DNA of 64,000 bases from Oikopleura dioica (Eukaryota; Animalia; Chordata). The notes under the pieces were generated by a model that saw nothing but the letters and a program-made list of their open reading frames with translations, did not search any database and was not told the origin of the DNA. Both the position numbers and the translations under genes were made by a program. The stretch lies in the NCBI GenBank assembly GCA_907165135.1, contig OU015567.1:8742001-8806000 (forward strand), given 5' to 3'. Positions 9,766 through 22,640 of this stretch are shown here, piece after piece. Position 1 is the first letter of the stretch; each line of letters opens with the position of its first letter.

Positions 9766-11900
9766 TTAAAAATTAGCTTTGCTCTTGGCAAGAAGACGAC
9801 ATGGCGCGAACAGAAGTTGAAATTCTCGTCGATTCTTGCTTTGGATAGCTCCTTGAAAAGCGAGAGCCCGAATGTCTACCAGAAAATGCTGTCGAATCTG
9901 TTGCAAGAGTTGGATTCCGTTGTGAGCGGCCTCTGAATCCGAAGATTCTCTAAAATCAATTGAAAAGGTTGTTTTGAGGTTTTTGAGTGTGTAGTGACTG
10001 TTTTTATGATGAATATTGTGCGAAAATGACAGTAAATATTCATTAAATTCATTGTGAATCGACTCTGATGATGATGTTTCAAAGTGTGAACTGACCTCGT
10101 TCGTGAGTTGGGCCACGTGGCCTTATCTAGAAAGGACCTATTTTTTATGAAAGGATGTTGATGCACCATTTTGCGAAATCAAAACCAAAACTGTATCAAA
10201 ACACGAGTTTGATACACGATGCTTGAAAATGGTGACGACGATATGATGATGTCAATCTAACACATTTAAACTCGTATTTTGTCAATACCATTGATGTTTC
10301 CTCTAAGTAAGAAGGCTTGAATAAATAAAAATCGATTGATAAGGACAAATGAGAGCATTCATACCGTAAAAGTCGAGAAACATTCTTCCCTGAATTTTCT
10401 TCCAAGAAACGAGTAAAGAATCGCATTCAAAATCGGACTCATAATTAGGAAAGATTGAGAGACACTAAACAAAATTAAATATGAATTAGGCTTCTGGTCT
10501 GCTACTTTTTGAATCCTTCGCAATGGTAACTCGATAACGGAATCATGTAGAAAAGAATGATCTGGTAGCAGATGTAAGGAAGGAGGCAGATCAATGTCGC
10601 TACTAAAAAATCGCTGAAAAAATGACCTAGAATATTGATTTACTTACCGAAAAATATCATAATCGTCCGGTTAAAATTTTTCCTTGAATCTGCTCCATCA
10701 TTTTTCGTCCCAATTTTTTTGATTTGAATGCGTGACTTGTGCACCTTTTGCATGATGAAGTAGTAAGATGTGATGATCACAATCATAGGGACGATGAATC
10801 CAACAACGGTAAATGTTCCGTAATAAATTTTCTCGAGGAAGTACTTTGGTTGTTCGCAGCGACCGAGGGTAGAGTTGTTTTCGGGACATTCGATCATGGA
10901 AGCTTCTGGCATCGTTAAAAGTTCTTTCTGGGATAGAATATGAATTCAATAAAAATGGGTCTTCTGATTCGAAACCAAAGATATCTGATTGATCAAAGAA
11001 ACAAAGAGAAGGGTACTTTTAACCAATCAGATGGTTTCGATTTTTGATGGGAAGATTCGTTATCGAAGTATCTAATTGTAAGACTTATTTGATCCCATAA
11101 CTACACACTGGTCTCTAGATTGCATCGTCCATGCAACGATGCAAGTATACTCGTCGTTATTCTTAATTGCATTTGCAAAATATAACATCGGAAACGTCAG
11201 TAACAATGAAAGAGTCCAAACAGTGCCGAAAATCATCGAATATCGAAATCCAGGATTGTCGCCAACGCCCGCTCTGACGATTGCATAAAATCGGTCAAAA
11301 GCAATCGCTAAGCGAAAAAAGGCATTATTTATTTACTCGAAAAGGATTAAAGTTTAATTACCCGATATTGAAAAGAATGATACGCAGGCGAAAAAGTGCG
11401 GACATCCGAAATCAAATTTGCACTTTTTAATGGTCATCAAAATTAGATAATTTAAATCATTATTATTGTTTTCAACAAATAAGAACCATTCCTGTAACTG
11501 CGGAAATCTAACGTCACCTAAAATTATCAAGTAAATTTCCAGTATTAAACCAGGTCTTACCGTCGATCGTTCGATTATATTTGGAAGCCTTCAAAATCGT
11601 CAAAAACGCTGAAACAACCAAGCACAAATCCGCCACTGCCAGATTCAAAACAAGCCAGGAAGAAGATGATTTAGTTCGCCAGTTGAACGCTGTGATGAAA
11701 AGAATGAGGATGTTCGCTGGAAGGCCGATTATAAGAGTCCCGTATGAAACGATCATCTTCATCTGTTCGAACCAGGGCGTCGGTGGAAGATTTTCAGCGT
11801 TCCCGTTTGCCAGATTTTCGAGAAAGTCAATATCAGTCGCTGAAAAAGCAACTTCCGAAGAATCGACAGTCGAATTCTGGTTGGCAGCTGCGAATTGCTT
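9766..11900 (-). CDS. class A (rhodopsin-like) peptide-type GPCR, multi-exon; both ends approximate
   Basis: TM1 IIGLPANILIL, TM2 LNLAVADL, TM3 AIAFDRFYAI, TM5 GFIVPMIVIITSYYFI, TM6 LICLLPY, TM7/H8 PILNAILYSFLGRKFREE. Confidence 0.85.
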
Positions 11901-12999
11901 GTAAAGAAATAATTTTTATCGTTCTTTTTGATGATTTTCTTACCAGTCCCCATACATGCTCGCAAACGCAGTAATCTTCTCTTGCAAAAGAAAAATTCAT
12001 TGCTTTTCAATTATTTCTATCTTCTTCTTCTCTACAATGCAATTACTGAAATTACTATCCAGCCGATTGCCAGCTTTAGAGTTGATTACAGTTCAAGCGT
12101 GATAAAAATGGATCAAACGATTAAACTCTGATCAACGACAAATTAAGATCTTTCCTCTGGGATTTCGACGCTACCATCCTTCTTTTTTCACGTGACGTGG
12201 GTACTCTAATATTTCAAAAGGCGCGTATTTCCTACTTGTTGACCGGGCAACTCAATAGCCCTCACTTTTAAACACGATGCCGCAGAATGAGAAAAAGAGC
12301 TTTCAAAAGAGCAGACTCTGAAGAGTCAAAAGACAGAAAAGCTACTAGGATTGTGACTTTGTGGCTCTAGCTGACTGCACTAATTGTAGATGTTTGTCGC
12401 GAAACTCCAGACGAATGTTGACAAGATAATAGCTAATTTACCTGTTGCTGGATCGGAAAAAGGACTCTCTGTGTTATTCTAAGTCAAGTTGAACTAAAGT
12501 CATCAGGATACAGAAAAGTCTGACGGGTGGACAAAAGAAGCCACATAGTGAGTTAATTTGAGAGATAACCTGATTTGATAAATGATGTTAAACCAGCTTC
12601 GCGAATTAGATCAGAGCTGTGCGAATAGCCACTAATCTTATCATCCAGAGTCGATCACAGTAAAAAAAGAACGTCAAATGGTAAGTAACAAAAACGTCAG
12701 AATAATCACATGCGGCTTAAATCTGGCATCGTGCTTCACTGGTCAAACTCACTGCAAATATTACTGAAGAATCTTCCTTCTTGAACTTTCTCTCGTGTTA
12801 AATATCATGACTTAAATGCACCAATAATAATTGGATGCATGGTTTATTTGAAATAAACGCAGATTTTTTATAACTGGTAATTCATTCTGATTCTGATGCA
12901 TTGGTCTCCCAGAAACTGCTCTTTTTTGTCAAGACTTATTATTTATTCCGAATCGTTAACGCATCTCATAAAGCATACAAAAGCAGTGAAACTTTAAAC

Positions 13000-13966
13000 G
13001 GAATCTGTTGAGCGTCGGGGCGTTGGAATTTGACGCCAGTTTGCATCGAAGAAAATTGTTCTTGGTTTCGGAGAGGGCTGTCAAAAGTTTCGATGATAGG
13101 ATCTATCTTTTGGCGTCGTTAACCCTAGCCGGTCGAGGTACTCCAAATATGGCGCAGGTTTTTACTCATTTCCAAGTACCTCACAATATTTAAGGTATAA
13201 TTTCTAAGAAACTCATTCTGGAGCGGTTTTTTCTATTGCATCTTGATAGGCAGGGTTTAATCTATTTCCCAAAGACCATATAATTTGACCTTTATCATTT
13301 GTATAGTCTTATTTGCAGGTAAATCCTTGGCGCCAAATATGGAGTATCTTGACCGGTACCCGAGAAAAATCATTTTTGGCCGGCTAGGGTTAATCAATCA
13401 TCAATTATCGAAATGAGTTCGTTAGAAGTTAAACATTTTAATGCCTAGTTCTTGTGAATAAAAACGGCCCCAGTAACTCTTGAATTTGGTGAAATCTAAC
13501 AAGTGTTTATCTTATGAATCGGGTGTTCAAACTCATTCCGGAAGTCGTTCAGTAGGCTTCGGGCTTCCTGAATTCAATTGAGAAATCGGCCGGGGCGATT
13601 GGCGGGCTTCCTTTGATGGTTCTTCAGATTCGCTTGTTTCAGGAGATGATTTCTATTTTCAGCGTAAAAAACTTTGAAATTGATTGATAGATCCTCAATC
13701 TTAGACACTGGCGAACAGTTAATAAGCCTCGTCAAATGTTACTGTATACAAAAATAATAGAAAAAGTTCAAGCAATTATTGAACGAAACAGACATTTCTG
13801 GCCGTAATCAACTTACTTTGTTCTTGCCAAAAAGAGACATCAGCTCATGTACAGTTCTTCGTCTCCCTTCATCTGTCGGGGCTGTTTTTCTCTCCTAAAT
13901 TAACTATCCTCTTTTCTTCAGACAAAGCCTCTAACCTTGTTCCTAAGCCGGACAGCCATAAGTAAG
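13000..13966 (-). CDS. hypothetical multi-exon protein hosting the piggyBac-like MITE in an intron
   Basis: Exon-like blocks MAVRLRNK / ERKTAPTDEGRRRTVHELMSLFGKNK / LTRLINCSPVSKIEDLSINFK / DPIIETFDSPLRNQEQF with splice-site-like ends; no family recognised. Confidence 0.3.
13123..13389. mobile_element. non-autonomous piggyBac-like MITE (267 bp)
   Basis: TTAA duplication at 13119-13122 and 13390-13393; termini CCCTAGCCGG...CCGGCTAGGG; subterminal inverted repeat offset by ~27 nt on the right end. Confidence 0.85.
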
Positions 13967-14676
13967 TTTGAGTTGTTTAACCTTAATTTTCAAATTTGGG
14001 TTTGGGATTACTCGAGCTCCGCGATTTTTTAATATTCTCTATTTCCCTTTCAAAGGTGGGTGCGATATTTGCCTTTTCGGATGACTCTATTGTACACTTA
14101 CTGTACGTTTGAATTGTACTATCAAATAAAATCCCGACTTAGAAAAAAAATCGCCTCCTTAGAAATTAAAACACGGTCTCCACCCCAAGTTACGTCAATG
14201 TTTACCTCTATGAGTTGATTAACAGTTTACTTTTCTCAAGCAACAGATCATGGGATTACCGAGCTTTACCTTCTGCTTCCGGAAGTCTCTCAACCTTGCT
14301 CTTCACAGAAGACAAAAGAAAAAGATTTAATTTGCGGCAATCTGAGTTTGTGGAATCCTGCGATTTACTCGCTACTTATTATTTTACGACAAAAGAGACT
14401 ACAAACTTGACGGCAGATAAATATCTACAGCAGGAGGATAAATTGCTAAAGAGGAAAAAGAATAGCTCAATCAGTCATTCATCGATGCTTACTTGGCAAG
14501 GTGCTTGAGGCACGGGCCACTGCGTCAAAAATATAATCATTACTCGTTCTCCTTGATATTTTTGTTTTTATTCGCAAAGAAAGAAAAGGCTCAAGATAAT
14601 CTTATAAAAATAAGAAAGAAGATAATTTCATAAAACAGAGGAAATCTTTTTATGAATTTTCACCAACGAAAATAAA

Positions 14677-16303
14677 TCACTCGTCGGAGCACATTCGCGC
14701 CTGGAATTGACGGTTGTACTTGTTGAAGTGTCGGACGAGTCTGTTGGCAGATCCCTTTCTACAAGCCCATTTTCGAGATGCCGAGACAAGCGCACTGTTG
14801 ATTTGGGAAGCAAGCTTGCAATTTGTCTCTCCGTCAAACACTGCGATGTCTTCTCCTTCTCCATCGGGTCGGTCGGATCCATCGCATCTGAACTTTTCCT
14901 CGTTTGTGGCGGCGTCCAGATGCTCAATTTTTTTCTGCATCTTTCGAGTGTATTTATTTGTGTAGCGTGTTTTCTCCAAACTATCAATCAGTCTCTAAAA
15001 ATTAATAAAAAAGGGTATTGATTCTACAATATACAAGTAGGTAAGTTAAGATTACTCACGGTCAAGTGTTCATTTATTTTTTCCATTCTGATAGTGTACT
15101 GAGTCTCCTCAGAACCATCACGGACACACGTCTGGATTTCTTCTGCGTTTATGACAAGATCGTAATCGTCAGCGCATTCACAGGTGTAGCCGATCGGTTG
15201 GTTCAGGCATTTGTGCCTCGAACCGCCACATCTATCTTCTCCGGCGTCCGCGCATTTGTCATTTATCTCACATGCATGGAATGCGTTTAACTGGAACGCA
15301 TCTTGGTCGGACATCGGCCATTGTCGATGAACAGGAGCCCCGATAGATGGATCACTTGCGATGCCGATTGTTGGAAGTCCGTCGTCTTCGGTTTTGACGG
15401 TGTAGTGCAAAATTGAGCGGAAGTCGTATGGACTGTCGAGGTCCTCCCAGTCGCTCAAAGGTAATTTTCTATAGTTGCTTTCGTCCACCAAATTGGGATG
15501 GATTGAGACCCACTCATCGCGATCTGGTCGAGTGTGCTCGTGGCGAAATCCCAATCGATGCATGAACTCGTGGTTGACAGTTGTTTCGCTGTGCCACTTG
15601 TGGCAATCAGGTCGCATAGAAATTTCACAAATGCCGGTACAGCGGCCGATGCCTGATGAGCAACGTTTATCAGGGTCATCCCAGTGGACTCGAATGACTG
15701 ATTCGTACTCGTCCTTTTCTGCTTCGGTGATGAGCTTCATTTTGAGACAAGTCAATGTCTCGAAATGAGCGACGTTCTTATTGATTCCAGCCATCGACAT
15801 CACTCCAGTTTGGGTTACTCCCCGATAAGGATAGCTAAGGTCGGCGTAACCTTCCGCATAGTAATATGGGATGATGTACTTGTTCTCTTCTGGATCCCAC
15901 ATATTTGTCCATTTTGAATACACGCTCTATAATGAAAACAAACATGAAAGTAGGCGCTCTAAGACTTTAAAGTTTCCCTTATTACTAATACGTAGTTATA
16001 AGAAAACTTACACTGGCTGCGCGGACATCCTCCATGTCACAGTCATCTTCAATGATCATCTTAGGATCGACCTTGTAACCTTGGCTTTCAAGATGTGCCG
16101 CTTGGCACTTATTATAGAAGATATCATCAAGCTCTGGTTGATCAGTGGCAATTTCGCTTGAGGAAACTAAAACGCGAAATCGAGAATTATTGTCAGGCTA
16201 TCTCTTTAATAAACTAATTGCAATATATATATTTTTATAGAATTATGAATATTTGTGTATATGAAGATATAGTATTACCAGCAAGAACTTCGAATATTTT
16301 CAT
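14677..16303 (-). CDS. astacin (M12A) metalloprotease with EGF-like domain and C-terminal extension
   Basis: HEFMHRLGFRHEHTRPDRD zinc motif; YDFRSILHY turn; EGF-like CGGSRHKCLNQPIGYTCECADDY; pro-region exon at ~16010-16170. Confidence 0.9.
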
Positions 16304-16334
16304 TTTCTAACGCTTAGATATTTAAGCTGAGTTA

Positions 16335-16860
16335 AAAATTCGATCTCGTATGCGCCGTTTTATACCATTTGGTATAGCCACCGGGTATGCTGGCGCTGTA
16401 GAGGTTCTGTGCTGTAAATCGCGCCTGACCTTCACGGGCTAATAGCTAAAATAAACTGGCGTCTGTAGTTCTAAAATACTGTGATAATATTTCGGCAAGA
16501 GTCTTTGACCACGTTATGATATGATTCCAAGCACGTGTTCATTATTTGAAAGAAAATTTAAAAAAAACGAGTTATTTCTGAGATACGAGTCTTGCTCGAC
16601 AAGTCAATTATTTTTAAAATTTTTCAATAAACTTGCGTAAACTCGTTTGATGAAAATGACGAACATCTTCGATTGATGTCCGAGCCACGTGAACTTTTCA
16701 TTGAAAAACCTTGGGAAATCTGCGGGGATGTGGATAGAGTTGGCTGGCATCTTAATGATATGGTACGGATGAGACTCTTGGTAATTCCGATGCAATCTGT
16801 GACAAGCTGACGGAAGGTTGCGTTTACGTAGTCCTGCTTATTCTCACTTTTGAAGAAAAA
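16335..16860 (-). CDS. hypothetical small protein, possibly rhodanese-like (weak)
   Basis: Exon-like blocks ...PANSIHIPADFP and LLAREGQARFTAQNLYSASIPGGYTKWYK...stop; start not resolved. Confidence 0.25.
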
Positions 16861-17009
16861 TAAGGAAACAATAAAAAATAGCCTGAAATATAGATGGAAA
16901 CGAATGTTTCTGCAAATATACTTTTTCTGCTTTTTTTATGAACCATAACGATGGTGTATTGTAACTGGCAGTGAAAAATGATGAAGATAAAAAGAGAAAA
17001 AATGAGAAA

Positions 17010-18350
17010 TTATCCAGCCATCAATTGACCAGCGGTGTCGCGAATTTCGTTTGGGAGAATTGGCGACGTGCAAATTGCTTGATTCAAGTCAGCCAGAGTG
17101 AATCTGAGTCGAGTTGGTTGATAAACTTTCTGAGTTGCCTTTTCTTTCTTGACGTATTCAATGACTCCGAGTTGGAGAAGTCGCTCGAAGCATTTCTTTA
17201 CTTCGGTTCTTGGAATCTCGTACTTTTTCTGTTGATGCTGTCGTTTCCAAACTATTGAAATATTGCTTATATTGCTTTTAGAGGCTTTGAAAGTGTACCT
17301 AGATATTCTTGATAGACTGCGATGAGGTGAATATCTGCCGTATCTTTCTTGATCAACGAGGCGTAGCAAAGAAGAATAATCAGTTCAAAAACCGAGCAAC
17401 CAAAGAGTAGATCTTTATTGCTTCTTGATTCTATTTGCTGGAGGACGATTTCCGCCGGTAATTCTGGCTTCAAAAAGGGATGAGAAAGAGAAACCTCTCA
17501 AAAAGTACCTGTTGAGGATCAAGAGCAGCGATAGCAGGAACAAACAACGACTTGAAATCGGCTATAGAAGTCGAAACCCTAGATTGCTTTTTGAAAAACG
17601 GAATATGAAGGAAAATCATACTTTGCGTAGTCGATCAAATGGTCGTAAAGTCCCATGAATCCATCTTCTACGGATTCTTCCCACAGTTCTCGGAAATTCT
17701 TTTCCCGCGGCATGACAGACAGTAAATCTTCTTTTGCGATTTCGATGAGTTCTTTGTCAGAAGCTGGTGGAATCAGATGAACGGCACTAGCAAAACGGCT
17801 CCTAATTGAAAATCATACAATCGGTCAGAGAATGCGATTCTAACCTGATTCGCTTTTCCAGCGCCTCGAGCGCGTCAATCTTCAAGGAAGTCGCCACTAC
17901 CAATTTGCTTGCTTTGCGCGCTTCCTCCAGCAGCCCATAAAGCCATCGCTCCTGAGCAGCCAGAATTGTTAATTCTTCTAAAATGATCACTTCCGGTTGA
18001 TTTGGATCAAACTCAAAATCCAGCGCGGAGGAAATGTTCTTGATGTCCGTCAAGCCAGAAATGTACGTTTCTTTGATTTCGCCAACTTGATCCGAAGCTT
18101 GCTCTGAATTTCAAAATCAAAGTCAATGAATTTCTGATTCTTTCAACTAACCGATCGCATTTTTGATGATAAAGGACTTTCCAGAACCAGGAGCGCCAAT
18201 GAGCAAAATATTTCCACTTTCTTTTCGTTTGATTCTTGAGCAAATTATCGAACAAAGCTTATCGCATGTTTCTTTTATCGAAGGCCTAACTGTAGAAAAG
18301 TGATTGATATTTATCAATCTTTTTAGCAGATCTTTCTGAAACTCGCTCAT
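17010..18350 (-). CDS. ORC4: origin recognition complex subunit 4
   Basis: Walker A GAPGSGKS, Walker B VIILEE, QERWLYGLLE...DALEALEKRI signature, C-terminal KCFERLLQLGVI...SPILPNEIRD. Confidence 0.88.
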
Positions 18351-18447
18351 TCTAAATCGCGGTACAGTTTTAGTACAGGGCCAATCTGTATCAGCTTATC
18401 TTTGAAGAATAAAGGCAGTAAAATGGGCGAAGTACTGGTAGAAAATC

Positions 18448-21400
18448 TCAGGTGTTTGCTGAAGCTGTCTTACTATCGTTTTTCAAATTCTCTTTCTCCC
18501 TCAACACCGGGCTTTTCCTAACTATCAAATTTTCCCTCTCTTCTTTATCCAACAGAGCAAGACAGGTGCATTGAATGAGCCAGTCGTTCACCTTCCTCAG
18601 ATGTCGCAGAAGATTATGTTCGATAGCCAGCAATTTCATGGGAAAGAGTTCGAGGACTTCTTCTGATTCTAGTTCTCGTTGAATCGTTGGAAACCAATTT
18701 AGAACGTTATTCGTTCCGTTATGTTGGAATGGTTTTTTGGGGACCATTCTTCTGAGAATGTAAATGATATATCCGCGCGCTGGAATTATTGGTTCTACGC
18801 TGTCGAAAGTGTTGAAGAGAAGAACGAGTAATTGAGCACTCAGCCTAAAAATAAGGACGGATAAGAGAGCCATTTTTCAAGTTGTCGGAAAACAAGTTGA
18901 CCAGGTTTTAGTTATGTAACAAGAACGCGTGTTCTACCTTGAAGCAAACGTAGTATGGTTAATTTCCAAGATCAAGTGTCCATTCTTGTCCAAAAGCCGA
19001 ATCGCCTCCCTCAAGTCCGAAATGAAGTGGTTGCGAATGATTAGTTCTGGCCAGGCAACGCCGACGCTGCCCTGCACCTTGACGTGGACCATTTTGAAGC
19101 TGGAATCTTCTAACATTGATGTGTTTTCGCGGGACAAGTTTAATGTCGATGGATCGTCAATAAGTCGCTTAATATTTCGCGGGTAGGGGCATTCATCTGA
19201 GATGAGTTGAGCTTTATTGAATAATTCAGGGCGGTATTTGATCAATGCGCTGTACCAAGACATCCAATGGTCACTAACTGTCAACGAATTCGTGATTTTT
19301 TCTAAACCGGATAAAACATCAATTCTTTCAAAAAAACGCAACAAGTTCTATCCTCCTTTCCTAATCGTTTCGGACTCTTGACGATCCCCAATTTTGTAAA
19401 TCTAAATCGACACGTCTGAAATCTTTTGATATTCGGCAGCCGTTGATTTTTCATCTTTTCCAAATCACTCTCCAGTTCTTTGAGGCAAAGAACTAAAAAT
19501 CTTGAAAAAATGGTCGTTGATGTTGCCCTACGTTCACGATTCTTTCTTTCGTGTAAGTTTCCTTGTCGTCTGCGTCCATCAAAGATAGTTGTGTTGAATT
19601 TTATATGGCTCCACGGGTGTTCTTTTCACGAGGTTTCGCTTATCAAAAAAATTCAATCAAAATTTGGGGCCTTTCTATAGAACCAGGGACAAAATTTGGC
19701 AAGTAAGGATATATTATATTTCGAGTAAATGTACAAATAAATATAAGGCTCTTCACACATCACTAATGTCGTCTCGATTCGTCACTTTGACTGTAACTTC
19801 ACGGCTGTCGCGTCGTTTTCTATGGCGGAAGCTTCTGAGGCAGTATTGTACAAACGCGAAGATGAGCAAAAGGCAGGAAAAGACCATCAAACCGATAGAA
19901 TCACTAGATTTCTGATAAAATAAAAAATGGGATGACGAACTTACCGAACAAGGCCATCTGGGGGCATTTCTTGGGCGAGGACCATGAATAGTCCGATCAT
20001 ACCGCAAACGAGATTGAATACACCGCAAGTAAGGCACACACATCCTGGACTCGTCTAAAGAAAATACTGATTAACTCGAACTAAAAATACCTTGAGAAAT
20101 TTGCATCTTTCTCTTCAGACAAGAGTTAAGACTGAGACGACAATTTGGAATTAAAAAAATCAAGCAATTCCCAGTACAGTAAGCTCTACAAGCCCTAAGG
20201 GGCCATAGAAAGCTTTATTCGAATTAGATATTGGATTTTTAATAACATCAATCGCAAAACATTAAATTAACGAGTTTAGCTTACCCGGGATATTCGCTCA
20301 TCAGAAGCTATTTCGACGATTTTTCTTTCTTGTCCATAATTTTGAACAACCATCAATCAAAAGTCAGGAAATTGCTCATTTGAAAGTAGTCTTCTTTTCT
20401 CAGTTTTTCTTTTCAAAAGTCGGGGTATTGTTTCTCTGGTGAAATGGGAAAAAGTCGGATAAAATGTCAGCGTTTTTTCGGATTCCCGCGTGGGTGGTAT
20501 AACCTACAGCGACGCGCAGCGTGAGCCCAGAGTTCGCACTAAAGCGCCCTCTTTTGAAACTTCACCCCAATTCAAGCGCGATCCCTTTTTGATGATAAAT
20601 TTAAACCTCGTTCCTTTCAAATTAGCGAGGTTCATTTTGTTCGATAGAATTTGCTTGTTGCTTAGGACGAATTGCGACATGTCGATGTTCCAATCTTTGT
20701 TGCATTTCTCGAACTCGAGATTATCCGCAATCGCTTTTCTTTGTCGATTTATGAAAAATCTATAATGGCTTAAAACACATGCTGTCGATAACTATTGACT
20801 GTCATTGGACTTGAGTTACCGCAGATGACTAGCTAAAGATGCGCATTAATGAGAAACGATCCTCCATTTTAGCCATGCCTTATCACATCAAGATTGGCTT
20901 CGAGAAACCCCGCCGAGTTCTCCAGCGGTGCCATTCTACCAAAATAGCCCCGCATGATCAAATATAGCTCCGAGTTCCCAGCCTATTTTGGGATTACCAA
21001 AGGGCCACAAATAAAACTGATACACATGAAGGATGAAACCACTTTTTAATCCCGTGCCTTGCTGGACGCCGGTTTCACAAGCTCAACGATTTGAAAAGAC
21101 GACGCAGCTGACTCCAGGATCTTTAGCGAACTTTCGTGGCAGCAGCAGAAGAGTTTTAACACTGCGTTTCCCTTGTTTTTCAGTTTGTAGCAAATCGCTA
21201 CAAATTGCTGTTAGGGTTCACTGGCCGCAAAAAGCACTGGACAATCGATGAGTTTTGATGGATTAATTCTAATCTATGCCTTCAGATGAAAATTAATAAA
21301 CAAAACTATACCATTTTATCGACCAGTGATGTAAAAAATACCTTTATATTCGGATGTTTTAAGCTCGGCACTATTCTCCTCCTGAAATTCTGGATCAGCG

Positions 21401-22155
21401 GAGCAATCAACCCCACCATCTCCTGTCACCAACGAAAATTGCTTCCCCTTCAAGTTGGCGAGAGAGCCGAAATTGAAGATATTACCAGTGTTGTCCTAAT
21501 TGAAAATGGTCATCACTCAAACTCGATTTGGTTTGAAATCGACTTACTGTGCCAAATACCCATCTGTGAGGGAATTCTAAAATAAGAGTGTCGACTCTTA
21601 TAACTGCTCCTGGATCGGACTCTTCATGGTGGGGATTAAGTGTTGCTGCTCGCCAGTCGGGGAAGTAATTGTATCTGCGATATTCAGATGCCCAGTACTG
21701 CAACAGCGCGGATATAAACGCTCCTGGAGCTTCGCATAAATGCAACGAGTTGAAACCACCTTTCCCGACGTTCGGAGAATCCGCGATCAGCTCCGGAACA
21801 TTCCAGAGAATCTCATAAAACTTCAACCAAGCTTGCGTTAAAAGAGGAGCTTTGATTGTCTTATCCTCTCTTAGATCTTTCAAAACTTCTGATGCTGGAT
21901 GCAATTGAGTTGTTGTTTCATGCCACTTTGTTATTTCCAGGCCGCTTGTAAAAAATACATGCATTGATTGATTTCACGCTAGAATTACCTTAATTGCCTT
22001 TGTTGCTCCAATAATTCGGCTCGTAATTTAGCGTACTGCCCGTAAAGCTCTGCTAGTCTTTCCGGCGTGTTAGTAAAATCGTTATCCAGCTCATTTGCGA
22101 TCACTCTCTTGCGTTTCAAAGTACTGCGCTCGAGTAAAATCTCCTCTAATTCCAT
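18448..22155 (-). CDS. CMTR2: cap2 mRNA 2'-O-methyltransferase; coding halves separated by ~0.9 kb (see findings)
   Basis: N-half LTQAWLKFYEIL, NSLHLCEAPGAFI, ATLNPHHE, VTGDGGVDC, KPASSKA-GNSE; C-half (18448-19620) ends EEVLELFPMKLL...LLRHLRKVNDWL...KEERENLI, resembling the CMTR2 C-terminus as I recall it. Confidence 0.8.
19753..20301 (-). CDS. small 4-exon membrane protein (~100 aa) lying between the CMTR2 halves
   Basis: Exon 20285-20301 with ATG and a GTAAGC donor, further GT-AG-bounded exons, TM SIGLMVFSCLLLIFAFVQYC, basic tail, stop at 19753. Confidence 0.5.
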
Positions 22156-22640
22156 GCTAAAAATTCAAAATTGCCGCTGCTTCTGCAATCAAGTAAGAAA
22201 GACCAAAAGAAGACGAATTGCTCTCGGACTTATTTATTATTGAATCTCAGATATTTTTACAAAGATTGGGAGTCAAAATACCCCAGTAAAGCTTTTTTTA
22301 AGTTGGCAGAATTTGTTGTTTTTTTTTTCTTGAATTGGGTATGGATAGGGGATGGATAAAAAATGGCCGGGTGGATATTTTATTCTTTTTATTTTAAAGT
22401 TTTAAAAAAAATCTTTCAATGCAATAGCAGTCGTAGTAATGAGCCTGAACTGGGTTTCAAAGCCGTTTTTTTTCTTGTTTGTTTGTTGAACACGGTAATA
22501 CAGAAGAAGTAGAAGTAGAAGCAAAGAAAATAGCGAACGCGTCTTCATGAAATCAGGACGGTTGAACTTTCTTTTGTGACAGAAAAAGTAAAAATTAGAA
22601 GTGTCTTGTTTGTTTATATAGGGAAAGGGTTGAACCCAGC

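Noticed and set aside
14215-14508. 97-aa + strand ORF
   Set aside because: TTG start, no recognisable motif and no supporting exons; it may be real but cannot be supported
16355-16440. Palindrome TATACCATTTGGTATA and GC-rich stretch as a possible ncRNA
   Set aside because: Better explained as a minus-strand coding exon (…PGGYTKWYK…)
19640-19655. Homopolymer error as an explanation for the CMTR2 gap
   Set aside because: Adding or removing a base still leads to a stop before the conserved downstream frame, so it does not repair the gene
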